64,000 nucleotides of DNA, taken from assembly GCA_964252035.1 (NCBI GenBank), contig OZ176208.1; one strand, 5' to 3'. Below the pieces are notes generated by a model, which saw only the letters and a list, made by a program, of their open reading frames with translations, did not search any database and had not been told where the DNA came from. Origin of the DNA: Podarcis erhardii. Lineage: Eukaryota. Position 1 is the first letter of the stretch; each line of letters starts with the position of its first letter. The position numbers and the translations under genes are program-made. This document shows positions 12,488-25,317 of the stretch, one piece after another.

Positions 12488-13749
12488 TGAGGGTCGCTCA
12501 TGAAAGATTTCCCCTGACCCACTTCCAGTTATCGTAGGAGGATGAAATTGCACATGTATAATGATACATCTCTCCACAGGTAACATTGTAATTTGTAGCT
12601 GTGAACTGCTAACAGTTTCTCTGTTACGGGTGCTAACATGGAGTAACGTCTGATAATGGAACCAGTTGGATGCAGAGCAGTTATCAGGTTGCTGTACTTG
12701 AAAGGGTGCACACCACAGGAGACGTTCGATGAGATGAAAGGGACTTACAGGGAGGATGCCCCATCGTATGACGTAGTCAAGCACTGGCATCGTCAGTTCA
12801 AGTGTGGTTGGACTTTGGTGGAAATGGCTCCCATTTCTGGGCGACCACAGTCCACCATTGATTGAGGCCTCCATTTTGGAGGCTCAGCACATAACCATTC
12901 GCCAACTAGCTGCAGATGTCAGGATCAGTGTGGGTTCTGTAGGAAAAAAAACCAACCATGACTATTTGCACATGGATAAGGTGTCCGCATGGTGGGTTCC
13001 CTGGCTGATGACGCCTTTCCAGAAGCAGGAACGAGTCACATGCTCACGGGCTCTTTTGGCCATGTGTCACGAAAACCATGATGACTTCTTCACCAGACTA
13101 ATTACTCAGAATGAAACATGGGTCCATCATTATGACTCAGAGACTAAATCCCAGTCCAAACAATGGAAGCACTCTGCCTCACCACCTCCAAAGTAGGAAC
13201 GTGTCCAACTGTCAGTGGGCAAGGTAAAGCTCATGATCCTTGAGGACCAGCATGGAGTAGTGATGATGAATTTCCTGGCAAAGGGTACTGCAATTACTGG
13301 GACATACTACAGCTCACTGCTGCGAAAATTGTGGAAGGCCATCAAAATCGAGAGACGTGGTATGCTGACCAAAGGTGTCCGCCTCCTGCAGGATAACAAC
13401 CCGGTTCATAACTCGCATGTTGCTCCTGTGGCTATGAAATCCTTCCTCACCCCCCTTATTCTCCCGATCTTGCACCATCAGACTTCCACCTCTTTCCAAC
13501 CATGAAGCTATTTTTGAAGGGCAAGCTTTTTTCCAGATGATGAAATGCTGGTTTCTGAGGTCAAGTCGTAGCTTCTGATGCAACCTGCCAACTTCCACAG
13601 ATGAGGTCTCCACAGCTGCATAAAGTGATGGGAGAAGTGTTTGACTCTTGCTGGTAGCTATGTAGAGAAGGTCTAATAATTGTGTCCAGCTTCATTTGTT
13701 TTAGTCCACAGGAAGTATGTCAGTGGAAATCTTTAATGAATGCCACTCA
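12488..13749 (+). mobile_element. Full-length decayed mariner transposon (irritans/Himar1-Hsmar2-like)
   Basis: TA TSDs; imperfect TIRs TGAGGGTCGCTCATGAAAGATTTCC / GGAAATCTTTAATGAATGCCACTCA. Transposase pieces in shifting frames: HTH region ending SGRP, WVP, NETWVHHYD, LQDN and YSPDLAPSDFHLF. Confidence 0.95.
12656..13675 (+). pseudogene. Mariner transposase pseudogene (frameshifts and stops)
   Basis: ORF track fragments 12656-12865, 12804-13196 and 13215-13505 plus a downstream frame carry the successive mariner motifs. Confidence 0.9.
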
Positions 13750-15509
13750 TAGATGGTGCTCAGGTCAAACTGAGTCCTGTGTGTGTTGCAATTCTGATTT
13801 ACTCATTCTTCATAGACCACCGCATTTTCTTATCTTATTGCTGCTGCAATAATAATAATAATATCTGAGATACCTGTGAATAAAGGCCAGCTCTTTCTGT
13901 ACCCCAGTGCAGCTGTTCTGTTCAGCAATATACAAGCAGAATGCAGAGAAAAGGAAAGCATAGCTAGGCTGGCATACTGCCTGTCTCTGAGACATTTTAC
14001 TATAGAGTCAGCTAATTACATCGTCCTTCAGTTTTAATTACATAGTCCTTCAGGTGACCTGGTTTCTCCAAGGACAGCATGACTTATCTTCTGGGCTTAC
14101 AATTTGCATGTGCTTGCTAAAGTTTATAATAATGCAAGATATGGGCCTGTACACACACATACACACACACACCCCAAATCAAACTTTGGGGCAGTTTCTT
14201 GTGAGCAACCTATAGGGAAGTTCTAAGGATTTTGATGTGGCCCTCAGAATTTATCTGGGAGCTCTTGAACACTTCTAAGTTGTTACAAAGTTCCAATTAA
14301 AAGCTACATTCTGTCTGTGGAATTCCAAGGGAATGAGTTTCAGTAAGATTATCAAGCATCCTTCCTGGTCTGATGTACATAATATGCATTATCACTGCTG
14401 CCAATGTTGGAAGCAAAGTAATTACTCCTATTCAGAATGTAGTAGAGGTAACCAGAGGCCTAACTCATGAATTCACATGTGGGGTCTACCAATCCTATCA
14501 GTGCCATTTCCCCCCTATCTCTGGGTTCTTAGTGTCCTTGACTTGTAACGGCTCCTATTCCTCCTTCCTGCTGCAACAGGCTGTTAGCTCCTGCTGCCTT
14601 ATATAGGAAATGTCCTCATGAAGTTCTGGAAGTAAGGGAGTTCCAGGATACTCATTGGGACAGCTTGTGACTCAGAGTGGCACACTTTTTTCAGCCATTC
14701 AGACTGCAAAGGCTAGAGTTTCCTATACAAGAAATCTCCCACCTTCACCTCCAGGTTTCATCACCATATCTGGAAGGTCACAATACGTAGCTGGTGGGTT
14801 ATAAACATGATGTGTGCTGGGGAGCCTAGAATGGAAAAAAGCTGGGCTTATATACAGTGTTGTTGTTATTGGATAAAGAACTTGCAATGCAAAAAACAAA
14901 ATAAATATTCCGATCCCACACTAAAAACATCCACACTTCCTTCCAACAAGGGGCATGATGAGAAGGCTTCCCTTAACGTTAATAGCAACCAATAATGGAT
15001 TCTATGCTGGTCACCATTTAAGATGAGATGCCTCTGAACTGAAGACAGAATGTGTGCATGCACACGATATGATAAACTACACACAAAAGAAGAAAGTCTG
15101 ATCCAGTTGTTCCTTAATTGTGGCTAAGGCCCAGAAGACATTCCTGGAGGTCCCAGTGACAGTGAATTCATGAGTTAGGCCTCTGGTTTCCAGAGCTGAC
15201 AGTAGACCCCAGTTTCTAAAGGGCTTTTGATACTCTTGCATTAACTTTTCCCTGGGAGAAAGCCCTACTACTGCCACACCCTCCTATAAACTTTAGTAAG
15301 AAACAAGCTCTCAAGAGAAATCACACTTTTATATTTTTTGGCCTCTTTTGGTGGAGAACAACCTGTAAGGTTTGTATAGATGTATTTCCTCTGTTTAGGT
15401 TTTTATTGATTGTGTTTATTGGTTTTGGTATTTCTATTTTGTTTGTAAGTCACTTTGCCATTTTTATGAGTAAAGCAACTAATATATATATATTATATAT
15501 ATATATAAA

Positions 15510-16260
15510 TATCATCACCATCACCACCATTATAGACATTTATTGCGCTAGCCATAGGCCATGGCATCATTCAGAAGCATAACAAAAGGAAAAACAGCAA
15601 TAACCATAAAAATCATCAGGCACCACACATACAATATAAACCACGGTCACAACTACTAAGATTGTTTGTTGCATAAAATAGAATAGCAGAAGAGTCTCTA
15701 GTAAAATGTGCCAAAGTAAATATATGAATCCCCTTTACAGTTGACTGCTATTTTATCTTTTTTCCCCCTCCTGATCTTCTTAGCTGCCAACACATAGAGT
15801 GCTACTTTAAAAGTTACAAAGTCATCAGTATCTCTCAGCAGCCGTTTCACCCTTTCCACCCTATTCAAGTGAGTAAGGAAACAGGGGTTTTATGAATCGG
15901 TCTCTTGGGTCTATATATAACGGGCACTGCAATAAATAGTGGCACAGGTCCTCCACACAGGATTGCCCACACTCTTCATAATGTACTTTGCCGTAGCATC
16001 CATTCAACACCACCAAGGGCATCGATTGGAATTGTAATCCCATGAAAGCATTTCTAAGCATGGCAAGTGGGAGCTTTGACAGGTAATTGGCCCGGGTATG
16101 CTCTGTTTTAATGAGTGGGAACCATGGCAAACTCTTGGTAGAAGCCATCATGGTTAGATCCCTTTCTGCATCAGACCTAAAGAGACAATCTCTTAAGTGC
16201 CTCTTGTCCATCTTCATAGTCACCTGAAAATCTTGTAACTGGTATTGGGACAAGAAACTA
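15510..16260 (-). mobile_element. Non-LTR retrotransposon 3' end with zinc-knuckle remnant (RTE-X-like)
   Basis: Minus ORF 15861-16253 contains CGQSCVEDLCHYLLQCPLY..R, a C-terminal C/H motif typical of LINE ORF2; an AATAAA and a simple-repeat tail follow. Confidence 0.6.
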
Positions 16261-18687
16261 ATAAATATAACTCATCATCACCACCCAGTAGACCGTAGGT
16301 AGCTAATATAGTACCCTCCACATGTTATGGATTACAAGTCCCATCTTGACCACTGACCATACTGGCTGGGTCTGATCCAACATCTTTAGGGTGCCACATC
16401 AGCTGCCCCCTGCAACAGATCAACTTTTCCACTCTTCCTATTTTTTTTTGGGGGGGGGAATTCTCTTCCCACTTTATTTCCTAATCTTCATGTGCATGCT
16501 CAAAAAACAAAAATAAAAAAACACACATACACAGAAAAAAGATGAGTAGAAATACTAAATTATACACACCTTACCTATAAATAAATAAAAACATTTAGCA
16601 GCAATATGGCTAGCATGTGGGTAAGAAAGGGGCAAATCTAGACCATGATACGTCAGCTGTGGAGACATCAAGGAGAACTGCACAGAGGAAGGACGTTACC
16701 GTATGGCTATATGATTGAAATTTAAAAGAAATGTTTGTTCCTAAATAACTTTAAATAAAACCCCTCTTTGGAGAGAGAGAAAAAGTGGCGGCAGCAGCCA
16801 CACAGCTGTGCATATCCACCTGGCAGAAACCAGTTTCTAAAGCTTTCTGCTTTTGCTTTTATTTATTTTTTCCCAAATGGACTGCTTAACAGATGGAAAG
16901 CAAATTAGTAACTGGAGCTTGTTATAAAATGTAAAATATGTTTCTGACCAGGTAAAATCATGGTAGCGTGAGTACAGAACAGTGTTAAGGTTGAGGTGGT
17001 TCCGTAAAATGGAGAAGGCCTCGTTCTCACTGAGGTAAACCTATGCTTGGCGGCTGTGACAAGGTCCAGATTATTGGAATGATGGACCTGAGGCTAATAG
17101 AAGAGTATATGTGACATACTGCAGCAGTAAATAAATTTAAAAAATAATATTATTAGCTAAAATTAGTCAATTATCCAAATAAAGAATAAGATCTTCAGAC
17201 ACGAATTGATCATTCCACTCATTAAAAAATAAAAATTCCCTACCTTTGCCTGTGAAAGGTATATTCCTCAAAGGGATCAAGATGGAAGACATGCATGGAT
17301 TTCCACTCTAGACCATAATGTGTTTAGAATGGCAAGTATATTTGAATATTGAGAAACAGCTTGACATCCCCCACCCACCAAAGTTTATTTTTGGCCACAA
17401 ATAAAACTAAAGAAGAATCCCCTACCCCGTTCCTTTTTTTGACAGGAGCAGACAAAAAGTTTTTTGGGGGGGGCATATTGACGTCCTGGCGCTAGCAAAT
17501 TTGTTTCAAGCTGTAGTTTGCTCACAGGATAATCCCATACCCAGCAAATGTGTTGAGATCTTGCCCTGCAAAAGTGCATCTTTTGGGCTCTGTGATCTAG
17601 CATGGGTCACATGACTTGTGCTGGAACACAGGCGGGAAGATATACGCCCTGATTTTGGGACTCAAGATCTCTGAACATCCTTACAAAGACCAATTTATTA
17701 CTTTTTAGATGGTGGAATGATCTCTTAATGCTATCCTAATGACTGGATAAATTTATAACAAATGTTAAATTGCTGCAGTTTTGAAAGCCATCGCGATTTA
17801 GTAACTAAAATAGGGATCAGCACCTAACAGCCATTGGGTGAAACTTACCCCATCAGTTTAGATTGCTCGGCCCCTTTGAGCTCCTTGGAGGAAAGATGGA
17901 ATAAAAAAAAATCTTTAGATTTATTATTGCCATTGATGCCACATGCTTAAAGTATTTAATTACATACCTATCTCACCTGATCCTATGTGCTTTTAACATC
18001 AGAGCGGAAGATACAAATGTCTCTAGGAAAACAGGCGTTGATGAAATGCCCTTTGCCTTCTTCTGGATGCATAAACAGCAATTCCCTAAAACTGATGCTG
18101 TTCCAGTTTCAATTAGATTTCTTTCTATTTCTTTATTAAATTTATATACCACCCTTCAACTGAAGATCACAGCACAGTTTAGGGTATAAAAACACAAAAA
18201 TACATAACAAACAAAAGTATAAACCCCTTTTCTTTGCTATAAGCAGTAAATCCAAGACAATTTATTCTACTTGGCAAAGTGAATGATTTCATCCAGATAT
18301 AGTCGGAGGACAGCAGGTCACTATGGGCCTCTTCCCAACCCCTTTAGTTTCAAAAAGAGCCCTTGGCTTCAGAGGACTAGGTAGAACAGCTTACTGCACA
18401 GGCCAGATTCATCTATGGAATGCAGCAGACATCCTTCCTCCATTTGTCATATGGACAATTAGTTTTTCACTGCAGTTTATTGCTCCCATAGTGTACTGTC
18501 TTCCAGATGGTGTATTTTTACCCTGGAAAAAGAATTATTTGGCAAGCAGGCAAGGTTAACACAAAGAGAGACAGTGTTGTGTGCACTGTGTGATCTGTCT
18601 TACATCCTTAATATTTGCAGCTGGATTCCCCCTTCATTATTTGAAAGTAAGTCCTCATCAATTTAATGGAACTTACTTCTAATAAAG

Positions 18688-19136
18688 GTATGGTTTTCCC
18701 AGTAGTGATGTATGGAAGTGAGAGCTGGACCATAAAGAAGGCTGATCGCCGAAAAATTGATGCTTTTGAATTATGGTGCTGGAGGAGACTCTTGAGAGTC
18801 CCATGGATTGCAAGAAGATCAAACCTATCCATTCTTAAGGAAATCAGTTCTGAGTGCTCACTGGAAGGACAGATCGTGAAGCTGAGGCTCCAATACTTTG
18901 GCCACCTCATGAGAAGAGAAGACTCCCTGGAAAAGACCCTGATGCTGGGAAAGATGGAGGGCACAAGGAGAAGGGGACGACAGAGGATGAGATGGTTGGA
19001 CAGTGTTCTCCAAGCTACCAGCATGAGTTTGACCAAACTGCGGGAGGCAGTGGAAGACAGGAGTGCCTGGCGTGCTCTGGTCCATGGGGTCACCGAGAGT
19101 CAGACACGACTAAATGACTAAACAACAACACCAACA
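18688..19136 (+). mobile_element. Bov-B (RTE) LINE 3' end, 5'-truncated
   Basis: Encodes VFPVVMYGSESWTIKKADRRKIDAFELWCWRRLLRVPW...; (CAA)n tail; 13-bp TSD ACTTCTAATAAAG at 18675-18687 and 19137-19149. Confidence 0.97.
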
Positions 19137-20676
19137 ACTTCTAATAAAGTGTGCATAGCATTGCAGTGGCGGTCTGGGTGGGAGAGGAATAAAAATTGAT
19201 TTGAATTTTCTTGAGAAACCACTGAATTCATGCTTCTTGACCCAAAATGCAGCTATCATTTGAAATTTGCACTTCTCCAAGCCAAGGAGTTTATACAAAA
19301 ATGCATGCAAGGAGGGGAAAGTCTGTGATAAAATCCATAAATTAGTGGATATAACATGCAAGATGCATTTTGTTAGGGGAAATTGCTTGCAAAAAAAGAT
19401 AGCCAAAATGGAGAAAAATAGTACTGAAATGGTGCTGAATTTTCATGATTTTTTTTAAACAACAAAAAATGTAAATTGCTCCAAGAAGAGTCTTACAGAG
19501 TAGTATCCCATTATGCAACCGTAACTACTAGTTGTCACACTTATTCCTTAGCCCTGAATTTTATCCACTGCAGAACTCTGAGAATTTGTTACCAGAATGC
19601 ATTCTTTGAAGTCGACTATTCACACCAAGCTGGACTTCATCCTATCATTCCCATGCATATCCTTTTAAAGGAATTCTGCCTTAGAGCATAAATGAGTGGT
19701 TTGGTGAGTGGCAACAGCTTTAATTGTAGTATGTGTATTAATTCCGCTAGTGGTACATCAATAAAACTGCTAGCACATTTGCAAAAACTAAGCAGGGTCT
19801 GGTGTGGTTTCATATGGAATAGGGGACTGTGTGTTTGAGGGGGATGGGCTCCAGGACCCTCAAAGTCCCTTCTGACTCTGTAATGCTATGATGCTATGGA
19901 ATATCAGAGAAAGAAATTCAGATGCTATTTTTACCAGAGAAAGTGAGAGAGGCTAGCTAGTACTTAATACAGATCCTAAAGTAGCTGCTTCAAGCTTTGT
20001 AGGAGAGTAGTCTGGACTGTAGACTAGTCCTGGATTCCATCCATGGAAGAAGTTAAGAGTTTCTCGGAGCCAGATGAGAGAGTATCAGCCTTCTCACATA
20101 GACAATATTGGCTTTCTCACATAGAAAGTGATTTCAATACTTACCCATAGTTGAAGTCCTGGAGGTGACTTTAACAGGTCTAGATGAGGAGACAATCCTT
20201 TGCCTTTCAAACATTCCATGCACAACATATTAAGCTTACATGAATGCTGGCAATGAGGTTTATGGAATGGAGTATATCTCTGGGAAGAATAGCATTATTT
20301 TGGGCCTTGGATTTGTTAATAAACTTTAAAAATAAAATTATGCCAGCGATTTCCAGAGCAAATCAAAATTTTGCACTAAAAAAAGGAAAAGAAGTTTTGC
20401 TCACAACATAGGACTTCAATTTCCTCCCCCCCCCCCCAGATACCCCTAAAATCTGCTCCAGGAATTCCCAACATCTCTGAGCTGATTTGAAGGGTGCACA
20501 GAGGGCTGAAGGGCATGAGAAAGAAAGAAGAGGACATTTTGCTCTGCACACAAAAGTCTGTTTCACCTATGGAACTCAATGTTTGGTTGCATCTCAGGAA
20601 TATGGACCTTTAGCTTTTCTTGGTCAGTAGAACAGTGTCTTTTGTCTGGTGCACATCAGCCCTAACCACTGATCCC

Positions 20677-21178
20677 AAGATGGGGAAGATTCACTTCAGG
20701 CTTGTTTTCAGGTAGAACCACTAACTACCCCAGCTGGAATGTGACAGTAAGTATGAAAAGTAATTTTTTATTATTGTTTTTACTTTCTACATTACTTTCT
20801 CGTTTTCAGTCTTATATTCGGTTTCCCCATTTCTGCAGCAATTTGCAATTCTTATTATTTTTTAAAATCCTCATGGAAATGCATCATTTTAGTGCAAATT
20901 TCTCCTAATAATTTTTTTGAGTATGTAGTTTCAGCTAATGAGCATTTTTTTTGAAAGCACTTTCCCTTAATGTGATGCATTTTGAATCCTGTTTTCAATA
21001 ATATGTTCAATTTTTTTTGTAAACATTGGTTGGAATTGTGTCACAGAATTTGGAGAAGTGTGAATTTCGAGGGATGACTGTGTTTCAGTTTGTATTTTGA
21101 AAAGTATGTTTGAAAAAGTGTGAATTAGGTAGGTTCACATTAAATGTGAATGGAAGCAAATTCTCACCCCCATCTCTA
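20677..21178. mobile_element. Old non-autonomous DNA-transposon-like repeat (related fragments near 9280-9560, 19160-19480, 29690-29900)
   Basis: Shared AT-rich core and motif GAATTTGGAGAAGTG.GAATTT; ends ...CCCCCATCTCTA. Confidence 0.55.
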
Positions 21179-22249
21179 CTGGCACCTAGTGCCTTAAATA
21201 TAATGGAACCTCTCCCACAATACTTCTTCATGGCATTGTTAGATTAATCCCTGATTCTAAAGACTGCACGCATATGGAGAACTAGAGCATACATAATAAA
21301 TAGATACACCTTGCATGTTCTCTCCTAACTACTTGTTTCCTGCCACATAAGCAAAAAGCGCACCCAGGACTGATTTTAGTTTGAAAGCTTTGTGTTTAAA
21401 ATTGCCCATGAAGCCAAATTAGCAGAAACATCCAGAGATGTGAAGTCAGCTTTGGTCATGCGTATCAAATCTACTAACACTCATTGCAGGTAAACAAGCA
21501 AAAGAATATATTCACAGTTGTAATGCAAAGCTTTTGATTGTTTCCTTAGAAATAAAAATGTTTGCAATACCCCTTCCTTTCAAATTATTTTGAAAAAGTG
21601 ATCAGGCAAGCAGTAATGCGAAGGCAAATTAATTTGGACAGAGTTATGGGATATCTGATATACCCCAGTGTGCTGTGATCAATTATTGGAGTTCATGACT
21701 CCTCAACAGATACAGCCATTCAATAGGCTCAGAATGTTAAGAGGTCATCATTGACCAGAAACCAGAAGAAAATCATTTGACACAAAGGAACAAGGTTCGC
21801 TCTCAGCTTCAGTTTACCTATATGAAGTAAATGGACTGTTTTGTATTATAACACACTGCTTTGTGTTGTCAGATGAAGAATATGAAATTGGGGTATAGGC
21901 TTCTTTGGGGATTGTGGGGTTAACGTGTTATATCTGATCTGTCCAGGGCTCAAATGGGGAAAGGCAGGGAAACAACTGAAGGATTTGGAGCTGGGATTTA
22001 AAATCCAAAAAGCTCATTGAACCTTGTTGGTTGCAGGCCACTGAGTCGTGTAGCCCCTGGCTATCTCTGCTGGTATCACGCTTTTGTTATTCAGATCAAG
22101 GAGGGTCTTCACAGAATGGATGCATGCCAGGGAGAAATGCCATGGGGAAATGCTGTACTGACGTTATATGAAGAACTGCAGTCATTTGTAAGTCTGTAAC
22201 CAAAGGGTATGTGACTATGGAGGGAAAGCTGTATTTGTGTTTAACCCTT

Positions 22250-22830
22250 CTTTTATTTGTTCTTATTTGTTGCATTGGTGGTATTTGGTGGTTTTCTTTT
22301 TCTTTATTTCAATTTTTTAAATTAAATTTTCCACAATTATAATAAATATAGCATAGAAAAAAAGAAAAGAAAACACACAAAAGAAAACACAATACAGTAC
22401 TAAAAAGCAAAAGCAAAAAAAGAAATCTTAAACACATATCCCTTAAAAACCCAATTTATCTTACACTGTTAATTGACGTCCTCAGATCCTTCCCTTCTGA
22501 ATTTTATTGTATCTGCATGTAACAGCTCTCCAATATCATTCTTAAACTAAAATTATTTCCAGCAATTAACTATCTTATTCTCTTTTCTTACTGTTCTAAA
22601 TCCAACTTACTTACAATTAAATCGTAATTTAATCCTAGGCCTATTTGGTGCTTTCAAGTGATTTCTAATTATTTATATTACAATATTTATTCAAATAGTC
22701 CTTAAATTTCTTCCAATCTTCTTGATATTCCTCTTCTTTCTGGTCACGGATTCTTCCAGTCAGGTCGGCTAGCTCCAAAAAGTCCAAGTCTTCATCTGCC
22801 ATTCTTCCACCATTGGGAGATTTGGTGGTT
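22250..22830 (-). mobile_element. L1-type LINE 3' fragment
   Basis: Reverse complement encodes EEWQMKTWTFLELADLTGRIRDQKEEEYQEDWKKF-like ORF2 end, homologous to the copy at 23082. Confidence 0.8.
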
Positions 22831-23081
22831 TTCTGCAACTTTCTTCTTCTAAGAACTGATTATTTTATCTTTTTAGTGAATTTTTATCTTTGTTTCATTA
22901 AAACACTTACAACACCACTCACATCTAAAGCCAAGTTCTGCTCTACTTTGATAGACAAGGGAAGGTTCACTGAAGCACAGCCATGGTAAAATAACTCTTT
23001 CACCTGGGAGTGGCAAAAAAAAAAAAAAAAAGTCTAAAGGGAAGAATAGACAAGCAGGCCATTCTGATTTGGCCTGGAATG

Positions 23082-23547
23082 TCTACCCACACTGGAAGAG
23101 TGGCAGATGCAGCTGATAGACTATATGCAACTGGCGGAGATGACTGGCAGAATCCGAGACCTGGGAGAAGAAAGGATTGAAGAAGATTGGAAGAAATTTA
23201 AGACTTATTTACAAAAATATTGTAATTTGGTTGAACGTTAAGAAGGATGCTTGATCATAAATAATTGGCCACCACTAAATTAGACTGGAATTTGATGATA
23301 AGTCAGATTAAGGAAAACATAAACCTTTTGGAGAATTGTTAGATTATATTTAAATGATTGGATATAGGATTGCAAACAAGTTGATAATTTGCTTGAAAAA
23401 CTTTTCAACGATGTAAGTGGGAGCAGAAAACGTGAGGAAGTCCAAAGAAGTTATGAAATTATGTTACGATATAACCAATGCTGTTTATTATCTGTGCATT
23501 TCTTTTATAAAAAAAAACCTTAATAAATATTTATATATATAAAAAAA
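23082..23547 (+). mobile_element. L1-type LINE 3' end
   Basis: ORF2 C-terminus EEWQMQLIDYMQLAEMTGRIRD; A-rich tail; 17-bp TSD TGATTTGGCCTGGAATG. Confidence 0.9.
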
Positions 23548-24134
23548 TGATTTGGCCTGGAATGCCCTTCCCTAAATGTCAAAGGATCCCTGGTGTAGTT
23601 GGGGTGCCATCGCAACCTAATTCAAAATTGAAATGAATTGGGAAGCAAAACGTCTGGGGAATTTCAGAGGAAGTCAAAACATTTCAACAGGGTTCGTAAC
23701 ATTTGTCGGGTGAGTCACCTTGCCGTCACATCCACCTCAAGCAAGGCTTGAGAAACTGCTTTAAGCTGGGGAAAAGGCTGATTTTTAAAAATATAATATG
23801 AAGGAAAACTCGAGGATCTGCAGAGAAAACCAATTAACCTAACTTGATCCAATTAAGCCAAAGAAAGCATAGTCCGAGCAGGAAACTTCCCTACTTAGGG
23901 GGCAGGGATCACCTCCCTCTCAATTCCTGGGGCGACCTTTGGCCTTGCAGCAAGGACTGAAATAAATTCTGTCTCCTTACTACATAAACCCCGGGTCTGT
24001 GAACCAGACAAATGCACTGTGACTCCACCAGTTTGGCATGCACCCCAATATGCATGCCCAGCCCACAGGGCACCCTGTCACCCACTAAGCAGATACAGTG
24101 TTGGGCATCACCAGAGTGCCCCTATCTTGTAAGG

Positions 24135-24383
24135 CATGGGTAGGCAAACTAAGGCCCGGGGACCGGATCTGGCCCAATCGCCTTCTAAATCCAGCCCATG
24201 GGCGGTCCGGGAATCAGCGTGTTTTTACATGAGTAAAATGTGTCCTTTTATTTAAAATGTATCTCTGGGTTATTTGTGAGGCATAGGAATTCGTTCATCC
24301 CCCCCCAAAAAAATATAGTCTGGCCCCCCAAGGTCTGAGGGACAGTGGACTGGCCCCCTGCTGAAAAGGTTTGCTGATCCCTG
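24135..24383. mobile_element. hAT-Charlie MITE
   Basis: CATGGGTAGGCAAAC...GTTTGCTGATCCCTG; TSD TTGTAAGG / CTGTAAGG. Confidence 0.8.
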
Positions 24384-25042
24384 CTGTAAGGCCTCAGCAT
24401 TAAAGATCCTCAGATCTTAAATTGACTTTCCTACCTGGACTAAAGGCCAGATTAGCAATAAATTACTCCCAATTCCTATTCAGCCCCTTCATAGGGCAAT
24501 GGGGAAAGCCCACACTGCAAAAGGGAGGGAGGGGAGGCACCTCATCAAAAAAGAGATGAGGTTTTAGAAAGGAGCAGGAATACCTATCCCTGCTCCTTCC
24601 CTGTCTGGATTGGTCAGTTGTCCAGCTGGGAATGGCAGAATCCCCTAGGTTTTACTGGAGATTAGGGGAAAGGGATTCTGTTCATCTGTTTAATTGGATA
24701 TAGCAATCAAGCCTTATGTCACCTACCACAGCTTGCTCTTACAGGGGTTGAACAGAGCTCTGTACTCTGCGTATATATCCAAGTATAATTGTGAAGCTTT
24801 CTAGTGCAGAAGTGAATGGGAAATCATTTACTTGGAAACATCTATCTACCTGTCTCTGTTTCTCAGAGCTTTGGCTACGATATGAATTATTGTTTGGAAT
24901 CAAGTCTCACCAGTTACAATACAACATAATTTCCACTGGTATGCTGAGGATACTACTATATTAGCTGTTTCCTTATGTGACTTCCTGTTGGAAAGAAATG
25001 CAGCATGCTGAAAAGCAGATTTCTGGTAATGCTCTTGACAAG

Positions 25043-25317
25043 CAGGGTTGACATATTCCCCAAAGTGAAAATCCGGATGTTATTGTTGTTCTAGCGGTGA
25101 GAGGGAGGCAAAGCTGTTGAGCTTTCCTTGGAAATTCTCCCCCACAAAGCACATCTTTAGGCTTTGGGGGGATTTTTAAGGCATTGTTTGTTTAAAATTA
25201 GTGTACATCCTGGTTTTCCTGGACATTTTGCCAATTTGGCAAAAAACCACCCGGATGCCATTCAGAGAACCCAATTTCCAGACATGTCCAGGAAAACACG
25301 GACGTATGGCAACCCTA
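25043..25317. mobile_element. hAT MITE (AGGGTTG ends)
   Basis: CAGGGTTGACATA / TATGGCAACCCTA; TGACAAG on both flanks. Confidence 0.7.

Noticed and set aside
18608-19093. 161-aa minus ORF
   Set aside because: Antisense shadow frame of the Bov-B ORF.
23703-23984. Possible solo LTR (TGT...ACA with AATAAA)
   Set aside because: No TSD and no second copy in the window, so support is insufficient.
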